Below, one piece after another: positions 7,652 through 16,430 of a stretch of DNA of 23,659 nucleotides (position 1 is the first letter of the stretch; each line of letters opens with the position of its first letter). A program made the position numbers and the translations under genes. The notes beneath the pieces are model-generated. The model made no database searches and was not told the DNA's origin. It worked only from the letters and a program-made list of their open reading frames with translations. Origin of the DNA: Terrimicrobiaceae bacterium (GTDB lineage: Bacteria > Verrucomicrobiota > Verrucomicrobiia > Chthoniobacterales > Terrimicrobiaceae); NCBI GenBank assembly GCA_044342325.1, contig JBIIPZ010000041.1, forward strand, positions 1-23,659, given 5' to 3'.

Positions 7652-8194
7652 ATGAACCTGCTGATCAAAACTGCAATCCGGACGCTTTTTACTTTCACAA
7701 GTCGCGAAAAAGCGCTGGAAAAAAGCGAATTTGTCTTGCGGAGATATGCAGAACTTGCCGACGGATTATCCAAAGAAGCTGGGCAGCGTTGCATCGAAGT
7801 CCCGCCAATGAGGGGTGTCGATGAAGATATGCGAAAATGGTCGTTTTTTATGATCTTGGAGCACAATGCCATTGTGAACAGAAGTATCACAGCCACAGTC
7901 GTTCAGCTTGCAAGAGGAGAGAAATTGAGCGGACCGGCCACGATCAATCCCAAGACGGATGTCATGCCCTCTTCATCGGCGGATGCATCACAATTCAAGG
8001 ATTTTGCTGATTCTGTGACCAGCCACATTGAAGCCGTGAAGAGTTTAAAGCGGCTACGAGGCACGAGGACTTCCCCGCATCCTGTCTTTGGAGATTTTGA
8101 CGCTCACAAATGGAACTGCATGTTTGCCTTCCATTTGGGACTGCACCTGCCACAGGCCGAGTATGTTGTGGGTAAGGCTATGGCCAGTCGGTAA
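7652..8194 (+). CDS. DinB-like (DinB_2/DUF1569) four-helix family protein (cassette ORF 6)
   Basis: WS...ILEH, PHPVFG, and C-terminal H...H..Q metal-binding pattern. Confidence 0.8.
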   Translation: MNLLIKTAIRTLFTFTSREKALEKSEFVLRRYAELADGLSKEAGQRCIEVPPMRGVDEDMRKWSFFMILEHNAIVNRSITATVVQLARGEKLSGPATINPKTDVMPSSSADASQFKDFADSVTSHIEAVKSLKRLRGTRTSPHPVFGDFDAHKWNCMFAFHLGLHLPQAEYVVGKAMASR

Positions 8195-8356
8195 TCCGGA
8201 CTTGGTCAGTTCCAGGGTGCACGCCTCTGGGCGTTCCGTTACGCGCCATCGCCGAGCGGCTTGAACAAAACGCGAATCGGACGACTGTAGCCAAGTTGCC
8301 TTCCGAGCGTGCCGCAGAGCGACAAAACCGCGCAAATCAGAAGACCCAGCCAGAGG

Positions 8357-10357
8357 CTACCAGAAGATCGCATAAAGACAGAGCGTGAGAACGACGATGG
8401 CAATGCCGATGATTTTTGCGGATCGGGAGGATTCGAGTTTGATCGAATCCGTCGTCGGCAAGACCGCTGGTTTTGCCATGGGTTTGAGGAAAGTGATTAC
8501 TCCAAGCACAAGAACCACCATACCGAAGCAGATCGCCATGCGGTTGAGGAATGCCATTTCTGGAGCAATGAACCATTTTAAGGCTCCGTAGAGGACGACA
8601 TTAAGCACGATTCCAAGCCAACCGAGATAGCGCGGTGCTCGCGGAATCAGGAATCCAAAGAGGTAAACCGCCAGAATTCCGGGACTGATGAAGCCTTGGA
8701 ACTCTTGGATGAAATTAAAAATTCCGCCGAATGCGGGGTTCGACAGGCTTGGAGCAATCACGCAGGCGATCAGCACGAAGAGGAGGGTGAAACCCCGCCC
8801 GGCAAGAACCAGAGCGGACTGCGAGGCGTTTTTATGAACCTTGTTGTAGAGATCCATGGTCGCGATGGTCGCGGCGGAATTCAGCATGGAGGCGAGGGAT
8901 GAGACGACAGCACCGAAGATGGCAGCGAGGACGAACCAAGTGATGCCCGGTTTGAGCAATTCTCGCAGAAGCGTGGGAAATGCCGCGTCGTAGTCGTAAC
9001 CGATAAGCTTCGTGCCCTGCGGAGCGCCCGTGGTGAGGAGCGAGTTGTTGGCATTGAAAAGATCGGACGCACTGGCATGCGGGGCAAGGTCGACGGATTT
9101 GCCAACCAGCGAGGCGTTGTGAAGCAGGACCGCAGCGGCTTTAGCAGGCTCAGTAAGAGCAAAGTTCTCTGTGAAGGGATAAACCAAACGACTTCCGGAT
9201 TCGACAGCAGATAGGGCGGATTGGTTTTTGCGCGAGGCCTCGGTTCGGAGTTCGTCGCTGAAGAGGTTGAAACAAAGAATGCCAGGAATGACGACGATGA
9301 AGGGAATGACAAGTTTGAGCGCAGCTGCGAAGACAATGCCGCGCTGGCCCTCGGCGAGCGATTTCGAGCCCAGGGTGCGTTGGACGATGTATTGATTCAG
9401 CCCCCAGTAGAAAAAGTTCGGAATCCAGAGCCCGATCAGCAGCGCAGTCCATGGAATACTGGGATCGCTGGCCGGGCGGATCATATGGAGTTTTCCACCA
9501 GAGAGATTTTCACCCGGCATGGCTTGGCCCTCGCCTTCCTTGCCAGCATTGAGGAGTTGGAAACGCTCCCAGGCTCCGGCTTTTTCAATGTCCTGCAGGG
9601 TCGCGGAGGAATTGGCGACCTTGGTGGTGAGGAGTTCGGCAGGATCGGCCTTGCCCAACGCGGAGAAAGCGAGCCACATGACGACCGCTCCGCCGAGAAC
9701 GAGCGATGCGCCCCAGACGAGATCTGTCCATGCACAGGCCTTGAGTCCGCCGATCAGAACATAGATTGCAGCCGAGATGCCAATGACCCAGCAACCGACA
9801 GTGACCGAGCCAAAATCAAGGCCGAGTAGCGATTGACCTTGAAAGAAAACCGATACGACCTTAGCGCCTGAATAAATGACAGAAGCCGTCGGCACGCCCA
9901 CCAAAATGACCAGCGTCGCAAGGGCCATGACGAGCCGCGAGAATGGGCCGTAGCGATACTCCAGAAATTCTGGAATCGTATAGATGCCGCATCGCAGGAG
10001 CTTCGGAAGAAAGACGAATGCCACCACCACGAGCGTGATTGCAGCCATCCATTCATAAGAGGCGATCGCCATTCCAAGCCAATCCGCAGCCGCGCCCGAC
10101 ATGCCAACGAATTGCTCGGTCGAGATATTTGCCGCGATGAGGGAAAAGCCGACGAGCCACCAAGTGAGTCCCCTCCCCGCAAGGAAATAACCCGCCGCTC
10201 CGCTGGACTCTTGGTTGTCACCGGTGGACTTTTCGCCCTGGTAAATGCCGAGGGCTACCACGCCGATGACAAAGACAAGGAACAGGATGATGTCCAAAGT
10301 GGACATGGGATTCGGTGAAGCAGCCGAGGCGAGCAGGGGGAGAGTTTGATAGATCAT
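8357..10357 (-). CDS. Sodium:solute symporter (SSS/SLC5 family, sugar-type like vSGLT)
   Basis: GYFLAGR.L.WW..GFSLIAANISTEQFVGMSG, YTIPEFLE.RY, GGLKA.AWTD, YWGLNQYIVQRTL and many TM helices. Confidence 0.95.
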   Translation of the reverse strand: MIYQTLPLLASAASPNPMSTLDIILFLVFVIGVVALGIYQGEKSTGDNQESSGAAGYFLAGRGLTWWLVGFSLIAANISTEQFVGMSGAAADWLGMAIASYEWMAAITLVVVAFVFLPKLLRCGIYTIPEFLEYRYGPFSRLVMALATLVILVGVPTASVIYSGAKVVSVFFQGQSLLGLDFGSVTVGCWVIGISAAIYVLIGGLKACAWTDLVWGASLVLGGAVVMWLAFSALGKADPAELLTTKVANSSATLQDIEKAGAWERFQLLNAGKEGEGQAMPGENLSGGKLHMIRPASDPSIPWTALLIGLWIPNFFYWGLNQYIVQRTLGSKSLAEGQRGIVFAAALKLVIPFIVVIPGILCFNLFSDELRTEASRKNQSALSAVESGSRLVYPFTENFALTEPAKAAAVLLHNASLVGKSVDLAPHASASDLFNANNSLLTTGAPQGTKLIGYDYDAAFPTLLRELLKPGITWFVLAAIFGAVVSSLASMLNSAATIATMDLYNKVHKNASQSALVLAGRGFTLLFVLIACVIAPSLSNPAFGGIFNFIQEFQGFISPGILAVYLFGFLIPRAPRYLGWLGIVLNVVLYGALKWFIAPEMAFLNRMAICFGMVVLVLGVITFLKPMAKPAVLPTTDSIKLESSRSAKIIGIAIVVLTLCLYAIFW

Positions 10358-10678
10358 GGAGAGATTTGAATTTTTCGAATTATGGGACCAACAGTCCAGC
10401 CCTCTTTGAGTGCGCGAAGTTCAAAGCGTTTCACGCCCTTGGCAAGCCTTCCAAGTAAGCCGCGGGGAAAAAATGGCCGTTCGGGGGGATTTTTCATCAA
10501 GGATTTGCCGCGTTTACCGTATTGAAGAATACGGCATCCGCGTGAGGGTTGATGTCATTTAAAAAAACACCCAAAGGATGGTTTGAAACAGGCAAGCATC
10601 GAGAGACTTTTTCTCTCTTTCTTTCCCACTGGGACTATTTTTTAGGCTGCCCACCCGCAGAACGAATGTTTAGGAGGT

Positions 10679-10752
10679 TGGCTGCCTCGCATGGATTCGA
10701 ACCATGACAAACAGATCCAGAATCTGCAGTGCTACCGTTACACCACGAGGCA
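10679..10752 (-). tRNA. tRNA-Gln (anticodon CTG), CCA encoded
   Basis: Minus strand TGCCTCG TG GTGTAACGGTAGCAC T GCAGA TTCTGGA TCTGT TTGT CATGG TTCGAAT CCATG CGAGGCA G CCA folds into a cloverleaf with U1-A72. Confidence 0.97.
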
Positions 10753-10830
10753 ATCGCGGAGGAGGAAATATCGATTTTCCTCGAGGCTTTGGCAAAGTTT
10801 TTTTCGGGTTTTTTGAAAACCCGGCGATGC

Positions 10831-11838
10831 TCAAGCCTTGAGGACGATGCGGTATCTTGGGCTGCCGTGTTCGAGGCGGTCGATGGCGGCGTTGACATCC
10901 GAGAGTGCGAATTCCTCAACGAGCGGGGCGATTTGATGGCGGGCGCAGAAGTCGAGCATGCGGACGACGGTGGCAGGGCTGCCGAGCGGAGAACCCGAGA
11001 AGGAGCGCTGCCCCATGATGAGCGGGAAGGCTGCCAGCGTGACAGGCTCGGGAATGGCTCCGACTGTGTGCAGGCGGCCTTTGGGAGCGAGCGCGGAGAT
11101 GTAGCCCATCCAATCGAGCGGGACGGCGACTGTGCTGATGATGAAGTCGAAGCGATTGGCTTCGGATTTCATAGCCTCCGCGTCGCGGGAGTTCACAACA
11201 CGGTGGGCGCCGAGTTTTTTGAGTTCCTCGGTTTTGTCGGTGGACGAAGTGAAGGCGGTGACTTCGCAGCCCCATTTATTGAGAAATTGCACGGCGAGGT
11301 GACCGAGACCTCCGATGCCAATGACACCAACTCGATCTGTGGGCCGGACTCCGAATTCGACGATGGGGCTGAAGACTGTGATGCCTCCGCAGAAGAGCGG
11401 ACCGGCGCTGACTGAGGAAAGAGCTTCGGGAAGTTTTGTGGCCCAGGCCCAATGGGAGCGGACGAGATCGGCGAAGCCACCGTGGCGCCCGACGATAGTC
11501 CCCTCGCCTGTGGCACAGAGGTTGTGGTCACCGCCCATGCATTGAGGACAAGTCATGCAGCTTTCGGAAAACCAGCCGAGCCCGACGCGGTCGCCGGGGA
11601 CAAGAGTTTTAACCATCGAACCAACGGCCTCGACGCGGCCAACGACTTCGTGCCCGGGGACGAGCGGATAGGAGGAAAAGCCCCACTCGTTGCGGAGCAT
11701 GCTGAGATCCGAGTGGCAGATGCCGCAGTATTCGACGCGGATGTCGACATGCTCGGGCCCGATGGGAGGGAGTTCGTAGGTGAAGGGTTCAAGGGGCGAT
11801 GTCGGGGATTGAGCGGCGTAAGCGTGGACAGTGGGCAT
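10831..11838 (-). CDS. Zn-dependent NAD(P)H alcohol dehydrogenase/aldehyde reductase (Ahr/YjgB, CAD-like)
   Basis: CGICHSD, GHE, structural Zn C..C..C.......C, PLFCGG.T, GIGGLG. ATG 11838 (MPTVHAYAA) avoids overlap with lpxA. Confidence 0.93.
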   Translation of the reverse strand: MPTVHAYAAQSPTSPLEPFTYELPPIGPEHVDIRVEYCGICHSDLSMLRNEWGFSSYPLVPGHEVVGRVEAVGSMVKTLVPGDRVGLGWFSESCMTCPQCMGGDHNLCATGEGTIVGRHGGFADLVRSHWAWATKLPEALSSVSAGPLFCGGITVFSPIVEFGVRPTDRVGVIGIGGLGHLAVQFLNKWGCEVTAFTSSTDKTEELKKLGAHRVVNSRDAEAMKSEANRFDFIISTVAVPLDWMGYISALAPKGRLHTVGAIPEPVTLAAFPLIMGQRSFSGSPLGSPATVVRMLDFCARHQIAPLVEEFALSDVNAAIDRLEHGSPRYRIVLKA

Positions 11839-11860
11839 GGTGGGATTATTGAGTATTGGT

Positions 11861-12634
11861 TTATCGGATGATGCCGCGCTTGCTCGATGCCACGAAGGCA
11901 AGGAGGCGGGCAATGACATCGGGCCCGGAAAAGTCGGCGGCGATTTTTTCGCAGGCTTGTTTGACGTTAAGATTCGAGCGGTAGAGCAAGCGGTAGGCCT
12001 CGCGGAGTGTGCGAGTGTCCTCGGCTACGAAGCCACGGCGTTCGAGTCCGACCTGATTGATTCCACGGACCTCGGCGGGGTTGCCATCCGCAATCATATA
12101 GGGAGGGACGTCTTGAACGATTTTTGTGCAGCCTCCGACGATAGAATGCTGTCCCAGGCGGCAGAATTGATGCACTCCGGAAAGCCCGCCGATGATGACA
12201 TGATCCTCGACTGTGACATGCCCGGCGATGGTTCCGTTATTTGAGAAAATGACATGGTCGCCGACTGTGCAATCGTGTGCGATGTGTGAGTAGGCAAGGA
12301 AATTTCCGTGATGACCGATGATGGTTTTGGTTCCTGGAAGAGTGCCGCGGTTGACTGTGCAAAATTCGCGGAACGAGTTGTTGTTTCCAATTTCCAGATA
12401 GGTCGGCTCGGAGGTGTATTTCAGATCTTGCGAGCGCTGGCCGATCGAGCAGTAGGGATAGAAAACATTCCCCTCTCCGATGCGTGCGGGACCGGCTATT
12501 GAGACATGGCCAATGAGGCGCGTTCCGCATCCAATCTCGACCTGCGGGCCGATATGGCAGAATGGACCGACCTCAACATCGGGGTGCAAAATCGCAGAGG
12601 GGTCGATGACCGAGCTGGGATGGATTTTTGTCAT
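11861..12634 (-). CDS. lpxA: UDP-N-acetylglucosamine O-acyltransferase
   Basis: Hexapeptide repeats, QDLKY, HIAHDC, VHQF, DVPPY; directly downstream of lpxC-fabZ. Confidence 0.95.
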   Translation of the reverse strand: MTKIHPSSVIDPSAILHPDVEVGPFCHIGPQVEIGCGTRLIGHVSIAGPARIGEGNVFYPYCSIGQRSQDLKYTSEPTYLEIGNNNSFREFCTVNRGTLPGTKTIIGHHGNFLAYSHIAHDCTVGDHVIFSNNGTIAGHVTVEDHVIIGGLSGVHQFCRLGQHSIVGGCTKIVQDVPPYMIADGNPAEVRGINQVGLERRGFVAEDTRTLREAYRLLYRSNLNVKQACEKIAADFSGPDVIARLLAFVASSKRGIIR

Positions 12635-13932
12635 TTATCGACAAGGCCAAAGAGCAGGATTCCTTCGGAGACGACCTCGCCATTGACCAAGCAGCGGCAG
12701 GAGGCCTTGCCGAGGCGTTTCTTGGCGCTAGTGAGTTCGCACTCGATGAAGAGTGTGTCGCCGGGCATGACGGGTTTGCGGAATTTGACTTCATCGGCAC
12801 TCATGAAGTAGCCGATTTTTCCCTCATTCTCGGTGCGGCGCATCATGATGATGCTGGCAACTTGGGCCATGGCTTCGAGTTGGAGAACGCCTGGCATGAC
12901 GGGATGGTTGGGAAAGTGTCCTTGGAAATAAGGCTCGTTGATAGTGACAGCTTTCACGCCGGTGGCTTTCAATTCGCCATCGAATTCCACAATGCGATCC
13001 ACCATGAGGAAAGGATAGCGGTGTGGGAGAATCTGCATGACCGCATTGATGTCGAGGGCACCAGGCGAGGCGGCAACGGGTTTGGCTGCGGCTGGCGCGA
13101 CGGCATTGAAACGCTCAGCGAGAAGTTTGGCGGCCTCGGTATTGATGCCGTGGCCGGGTTTTACGGCAACAACATGGCCTCGGATGAAACGACCTGAGAG
13201 CGCGAGATCACCAACGATATCAAGAATCTTGTGGCGAACGAACTCGTCAGGGAAGCGAAGTGGCTCTTTGCTGAGGACGCTGTCACCCCTGGCGACGATG
13301 GCGTTTTCGAGGCTCCCGCCTTTGATGAGGCCTTTATCCATGAGGGGCTTCACATCCTCGTAAAAAACAAAGGTGCGGGCGGGGGCGATTTCTTTCTCGT
13401 AAATCTCAGGGGTGATTTCCGTGGAAAGAAATTGCGTGAAACGCCCCTCGGGGCCGACCTGCGTGCAGGAGACTCGGAATTTCGTATCCGGGAGAATGAC
13501 GAGGATCGAACCGTTGGACTCGATGGTGACCGGTTCGCGGATATCAATATAACGGCGCGGCGCATCCTGCTCGATGATGCCGGCTTTGTTGATGAGGGCG
13601 ATGTATTCGGATGCGCTGCCATCGCCGATTGGGGGCTCGTTTGCGTCCATTTGGATGAGCGCATTGTCCACCCCCATTCCCGTCAGAGCCGAGAGAACAT
13701 GCTCCACTGTGTGGATTTTGACCATGCCTTGAACAAGCGTGGTCGCGCGCTCCACGGTCTTCACATATGCGGCGGCGGCATCGACAATCGGCTCATCGGG
13801 CAAATCGATGCGCTGAAATTTGAAGCCGTGGCCAACTGGTGCGGGCAAAATCGTGAGGGTGACATTTTCGCCTGTATGCAGGGCGCTGCCAGTGAGGCTG
13901 GCGGATGAGGCAAGTGTGCGTTGTTTTTCCAA
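12631..13932 (-). CDS. lpxC/fabZ: Bifunctional LpxC deacetylase / FabZ 3-hydroxyacyl-ACP dehydratase
   Basis: LpxC motifs TVEHVLSAL, EPPIGDGSA, RHKILD.VGDL; FabZ motifs LPHRYPFLMVDR, FQGHFP..PVMPGVL.EAMAQ; TTG start. Confidence 0.95.
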   Translation of the reverse strand: MEKQRTLASSASLTGSALHTGENVTLTILPAPVGHGFKFQRIDLPDEPIVDAAAAYVKTVERATTLVQGMVKIHTVEHVLSALTGMGVDNALIQMDANEPPIGDGSASEYIALINKAGIIEQDAPRRYIDIREPVTIESNGSILVILPDTKFRVSCTQVGPEGRFTQFLSTEITPEIYEKEIAPARTFVFYEDVKPLMDKGLIKGGSLENAIVARGDSVLSKEPLRFPDEFVRHKILDIVGDLALSGRFIRGHVVAVKPGHGINTEAAKLLAERFNAVAPAAAKPVAASPGALDINAVMQILPHRYPFLMVDRIVEFDGELKATGVKAVTINEPYFQGHFPNHPVMPGVLQLEAMAQVASIIMMRRTENEGKIGYFMSADEVKFRKPVMPGDTLFIECELTSAKKRLGKASCRCLVNGEVVSEGILLFGLVDK

Positions 13933-14002
13933 GGTGCGAATGGGATTTTAAGGATTTATGCGAGTGGATCGGGAAAGAGGCGAAATGCAGAACAGCAGGG
14001 TG

Positions 14003-14692
14003 TCAGGATGCAGAGCCAGAATCACTTTTGGAGAGTATTTTTCCATCGAGCATTTGTATACGAACCGGCGCCAGTGCGGCAACTGAGTCGCTGTGGGTGA
14101 CAATAATCAAGGTGGCAATTTTTTGGGAAGCAATCTTTGAAAATGTCTCGCAAACCATGGCGGCATTGGCGGAGTCAAGATTGCCCGTCGGCTCATCAGC
14201 CAAGAGAAGTGCTGGGTGTCCAACCAAGGCCCTCGCCGTGGCAGTGCGCTGCATCTCACCGCCACTAAGCTGATGGGGAAAATGGGAGGCTCGATGCGAT
14301 AATCCGACGAGGTCGAGCATTTCCGATACTCTTGTGGTCGCGAGCGAGGCGGACTCGCCGCGCAAGAGCAATGGCAATTCCACATTTTCCCGAACTGTCA
14401 TGGCAGGGAGGAGGTTGAAAAATTGGAAGACAATACCGAGCGTATTCCGACGGTAGCGGGTAAGCTCGGCCTCACCTGCATCGTGCAAGGGAATGCCAGC
14501 AACACGAATCTCACCCGATGTCGGGTGGTCAAGCCCGCCAAGCAGATTGAGCAGCGTGCTTTTCCCACACCCGCTGGGGCCGGTGATCGTGGCAAAAGCA
14601 CCAGGCTCGAGGTCAAGCGAGACGCCATCCAATGCGCGAACCTCGCCGATCCCGGAGGAATAAATGCGCGTGACGTTTTGCAGAGAAACCAT
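14003..14692 (-). CDS. ABC transporter ATP-binding protein (LolD/MacB-like)
   Basis: Walker A GPSGCGKST, VFQFFNL, LSGGE, LLLADEPTGNLD, VTH. Confidence 0.93.
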   Translation of the reverse strand: MVSLQNVTRIYSSGIGEVRALDGVSLDLEPGAFATITGPSGCGKSTLLNLLGGLDHPTSGEIRVAGIPLHDAGEAELTRYRRNTLGIVFQFFNLLPAMTVRENVELPLLLRGESASLATTRVSEMLDLVGLSHRASHFPHQLSGGEMQRTATARALVGHPALLLADEPTGNLDSANAAMVCETFSKIASQKIATLIIVTHSDSVAALAPVRIQMLDGKILSKSDSGSAS

Positions 14693-14715
14693 GGAGCAGT
14701 CATACTCAACATCTC

Positions 14716-15477
14716 ATGCTCGTGGATCAAGAAGAGTTCCGGATTATCGGGGAGACTCCCGACCTTTTGGTCGTGGACAAGCCAGCTGGGCTCCTCGTGC
14801 ACCCCAGCAAGCCTGATGGAACGCGCACTCTTTGGGACGGCTTGAGAGAGCTTCTTTGCTATGAAATCGCCAATGCGGGACAGGTCTCGTTGATCAACCG
14901 TCTCGACCGCGAGACAAGTGGATTGGTATTGGTCGCAAAACACGCCGCAGCCGCGCGGCGGGCGGCCATCGCGATGCAAGAAGGAAAGATAAAAAAGACC
15001 TATCTGACCATCCTATGCGGGCACCCAAGCGCGGAATTTTTTTCCATTGATGCGCCAATCATCAGACAGGGGGAAGTGGAGCCAACGAAGATTCATCTCA
15101 AGCGGATGGTCCACCCTGCAGGAGCCCAAGCTAAAACGCATTTTCGAGTATTGAAAAATATCGAAAACGCGGCGGGGCGTTTTTCCATGGTCGAGGCGCA
15201 ACCTGTCACCGGGCGCACCCACCAGATTCGAGTTCATGCCTCCCATGCAGGTCACCCCGTGGTGGGAGACAAAATTTATGGGCCTTCAGAGGATTGCTAT
15301 CTTGAGTTTATCCAAACCGGTTGGACCCTCGCTTTGGAGAAACGGCTGTTTTTGAAACGGCATGCTTTGCAGTCCGCCGGCCTAAAAATCGAGTGGAATG
15401 GCGTGCCAATGGAATGGAAAACGGGTTGGGCGGAAGATTTAAAAAAATTTGCGGGAAATGTTGACAATGATTCATAA
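14716..15477 (+). CDS. RluA/RluD-family RNA pseudouridine synthase
   Basis: VDKPAGL.VHP, NRLDRETSG (catalytic Asp), TGRTHQIRVH, GHPVVGD..YG. Confidence 0.92.
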   Translation: MLVDQEEFRIIGETPDLLVVDKPAGLLVHPSKPDGTRTLWDGLRELLCYEIANAGQVSLINRLDRETSGLVLVAKHAAAARRAAIAMQEGKIKKTYLTILCGHPSAEFFSIDAPIIRQGEVEPTKIHLKRMVHPAGAQAKTHFRVLKNIENAAGRFSMVEAQPVTGRTHQIRVHASHAGHPVVGDKIYGPSEDCYLEFIQTGWTLALEKRLFLKRHALQSAGLKIEWNGVPMEWKTGWAEDLKKFAGNVDNDS

Positions 15478-15503
15478 GGATGTTTATTTTGTCTCATATG
15501 AGA
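15461..15503 (+). promoter_or_regulatory. Putative sigma70 promoter plus operator palindrome of the TA operon
   Basis: TTGACA (15461-15466), 18-nt spacer, TATTTT (15485-15490), then perfect palindrome TCTCATATGAGA (15492-15503) covering ATG 15498. Confidence 0.55.
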
Positions 15504-15944
15504 AGAGCGCTTTACGCACCGAGAGTTATTGAGCAATTCCTGCCAAAGAATGATTATGTGATGAAAGAAGAAATGCCATCTAGCCCAATCGTAGAGCAGC
15601 TGAGGCATGGTTTTCTTTATGATGAATTCGAGGTGCTCCGACGTTGGCTTGATGTGAGCGAGGAGCAATTAGCAAATTGGCTCGATATTTCAAGAGCAAC
15701 ACTTCATCGTCGCAAAAAGACAGGTCATTTTGACAAGAATGAAAGTGATCGTATCGCTCGGCTTGCGAGGGTTTTTGGAAAAGCTTTTGAACTTTTCGGA
15801 TCCGAAGAAGCCGCCCGCGAGTGGCTGAAGTCTCCCGCGCACGCGATGAGCGGCGAGACGCCCATCGCTTTTTGCGACACGGAGGTCGGAGCCAGAATGG
15901 TGGAGGACCTCATTGGCCAGATCGACCACGGAGTCTTCGCCTGA
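15498..15944 (+). CDS. Xre/MbcA/ParS-family antitoxin (DUF2384)
   Basis: HTH LA.WLDISRATLHRRK, ESDRIARLARV, LFGSEEAAREWL..P...L/M.GETP, and C-terminal I.HGVFA. Start could be 15480, 15498 or 15561. Confidence 0.92.
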   Translation: MRRALYAPRVIEQFLPKNDYVMKEEMPSSPIVEQLRHGFLYDEFEVLRRWLDVSEEQLANWLDISRATLHRRKKTGHFDKNESDRIARLARVFGKAFELFGSEEAAREWLKSPAHAMSGETPIAFCDTEVGARMVEDLIGQIDHGVFA

Positions 15945-15953
15945 GGGTTTCTT

Positions 15954-16430
15954 ATGCTTCGAGCCTATCGCATTGTGAACCACAAATGGCGCACCTCCGC
16001 TTTCGATGGCGAAGGTGCGCGTTTGCATGGAGGGCGCTGGAATCATCCAGGCCATCCTTGCGTCTATCTTGCCAGCTCCCGTGCACTTGCCGCCTTGGAA
16101 TTGCTCGTCCATCTCACCCCAAAAACAAAGTGTGTGCGTTTTAGTTTTCTGGAATTGAATTTGGGTTCTTTATCAATTGAAAAAATTGCAACACTGCCAC
16201 GCGGTTGGGATGAGACTCTGCCATCCGGCGCAACCCGCGAGGCCGGGACTGAATGGCTTCGCTCCAAGCGTTCCGCTATTTTGCAGGTGCCATCGGTTTT
16301 GATACAGGAGGAGCCTAACTACCTTCTGAATCCCAGCCATCCGGAGTGTGAAAATGTATTCCCCATCGCAGCGCGCGACTTCTTTTTCGACCCCCGATTG
16401 AAGCAACACCTTGGGAGCGCCTATCTCTGA
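15954..16430 (+). CDS. RES-domain toxin (NAD+ phosphorylase/ART-like; ParT/MbcT family)
   Basis: YRI, AFDGEGA...GGRWN, VYLA....LA.LE, LQVPS, E.NYLLNP.H, FDPRL; directly downstream of the Xre antitoxin. Confidence 0.93.
   Translation: MLRAYRIVNHKWRTSAFDGEGARLHGGRWNHPGHPCVYLASSRALAALELLVHLTPKTKCVRFSFLELNLGSLSIEKIATLPRGWDETLPSGATREAGTEWLRSKRSAILQVPSVLIQEEPNYLLNPSHPECENVFPIAARDFFFDPRLKQHLGSAYL

Larger units (their letters stand above)
5082..8194 (+). mobile_element. Degenerate integron gene-cassette array without integrase in window (CALIN-like), six cassette ORFs
   Basis: Six short co-oriented ORFs of typical cassette families, visibly more AT-rich than the flanks, separated by attC-like boxes with conserved spacing. 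Confidence 0.7.

Noticed and set aside
8195..8356. Sixth attC after the DinB-like gene (GTTCCGT at 8233-8239)
   Set aside because: No recognisable R''/L boxes with the array's spacing; too degenerate to call.
4850..8356. Integron integrase near the array
   Set aside because: No ORF with tyrosine-recombinase R-H-x-x-R-H-Y motifs anywhere in the window.
10805..10823. Hairpin CGGGTTTT/AAAACCCG as terminator of the adh gene
   Set aside because: Followed by an A-tract rather than a U-tract on the transcribed (minus) strand.
12631..13932. lpxC-fabZ fusion as a novelty
   Set aside because: Known fusion in Bacteroidota, Chlorobi and Verrucomicrobiota.
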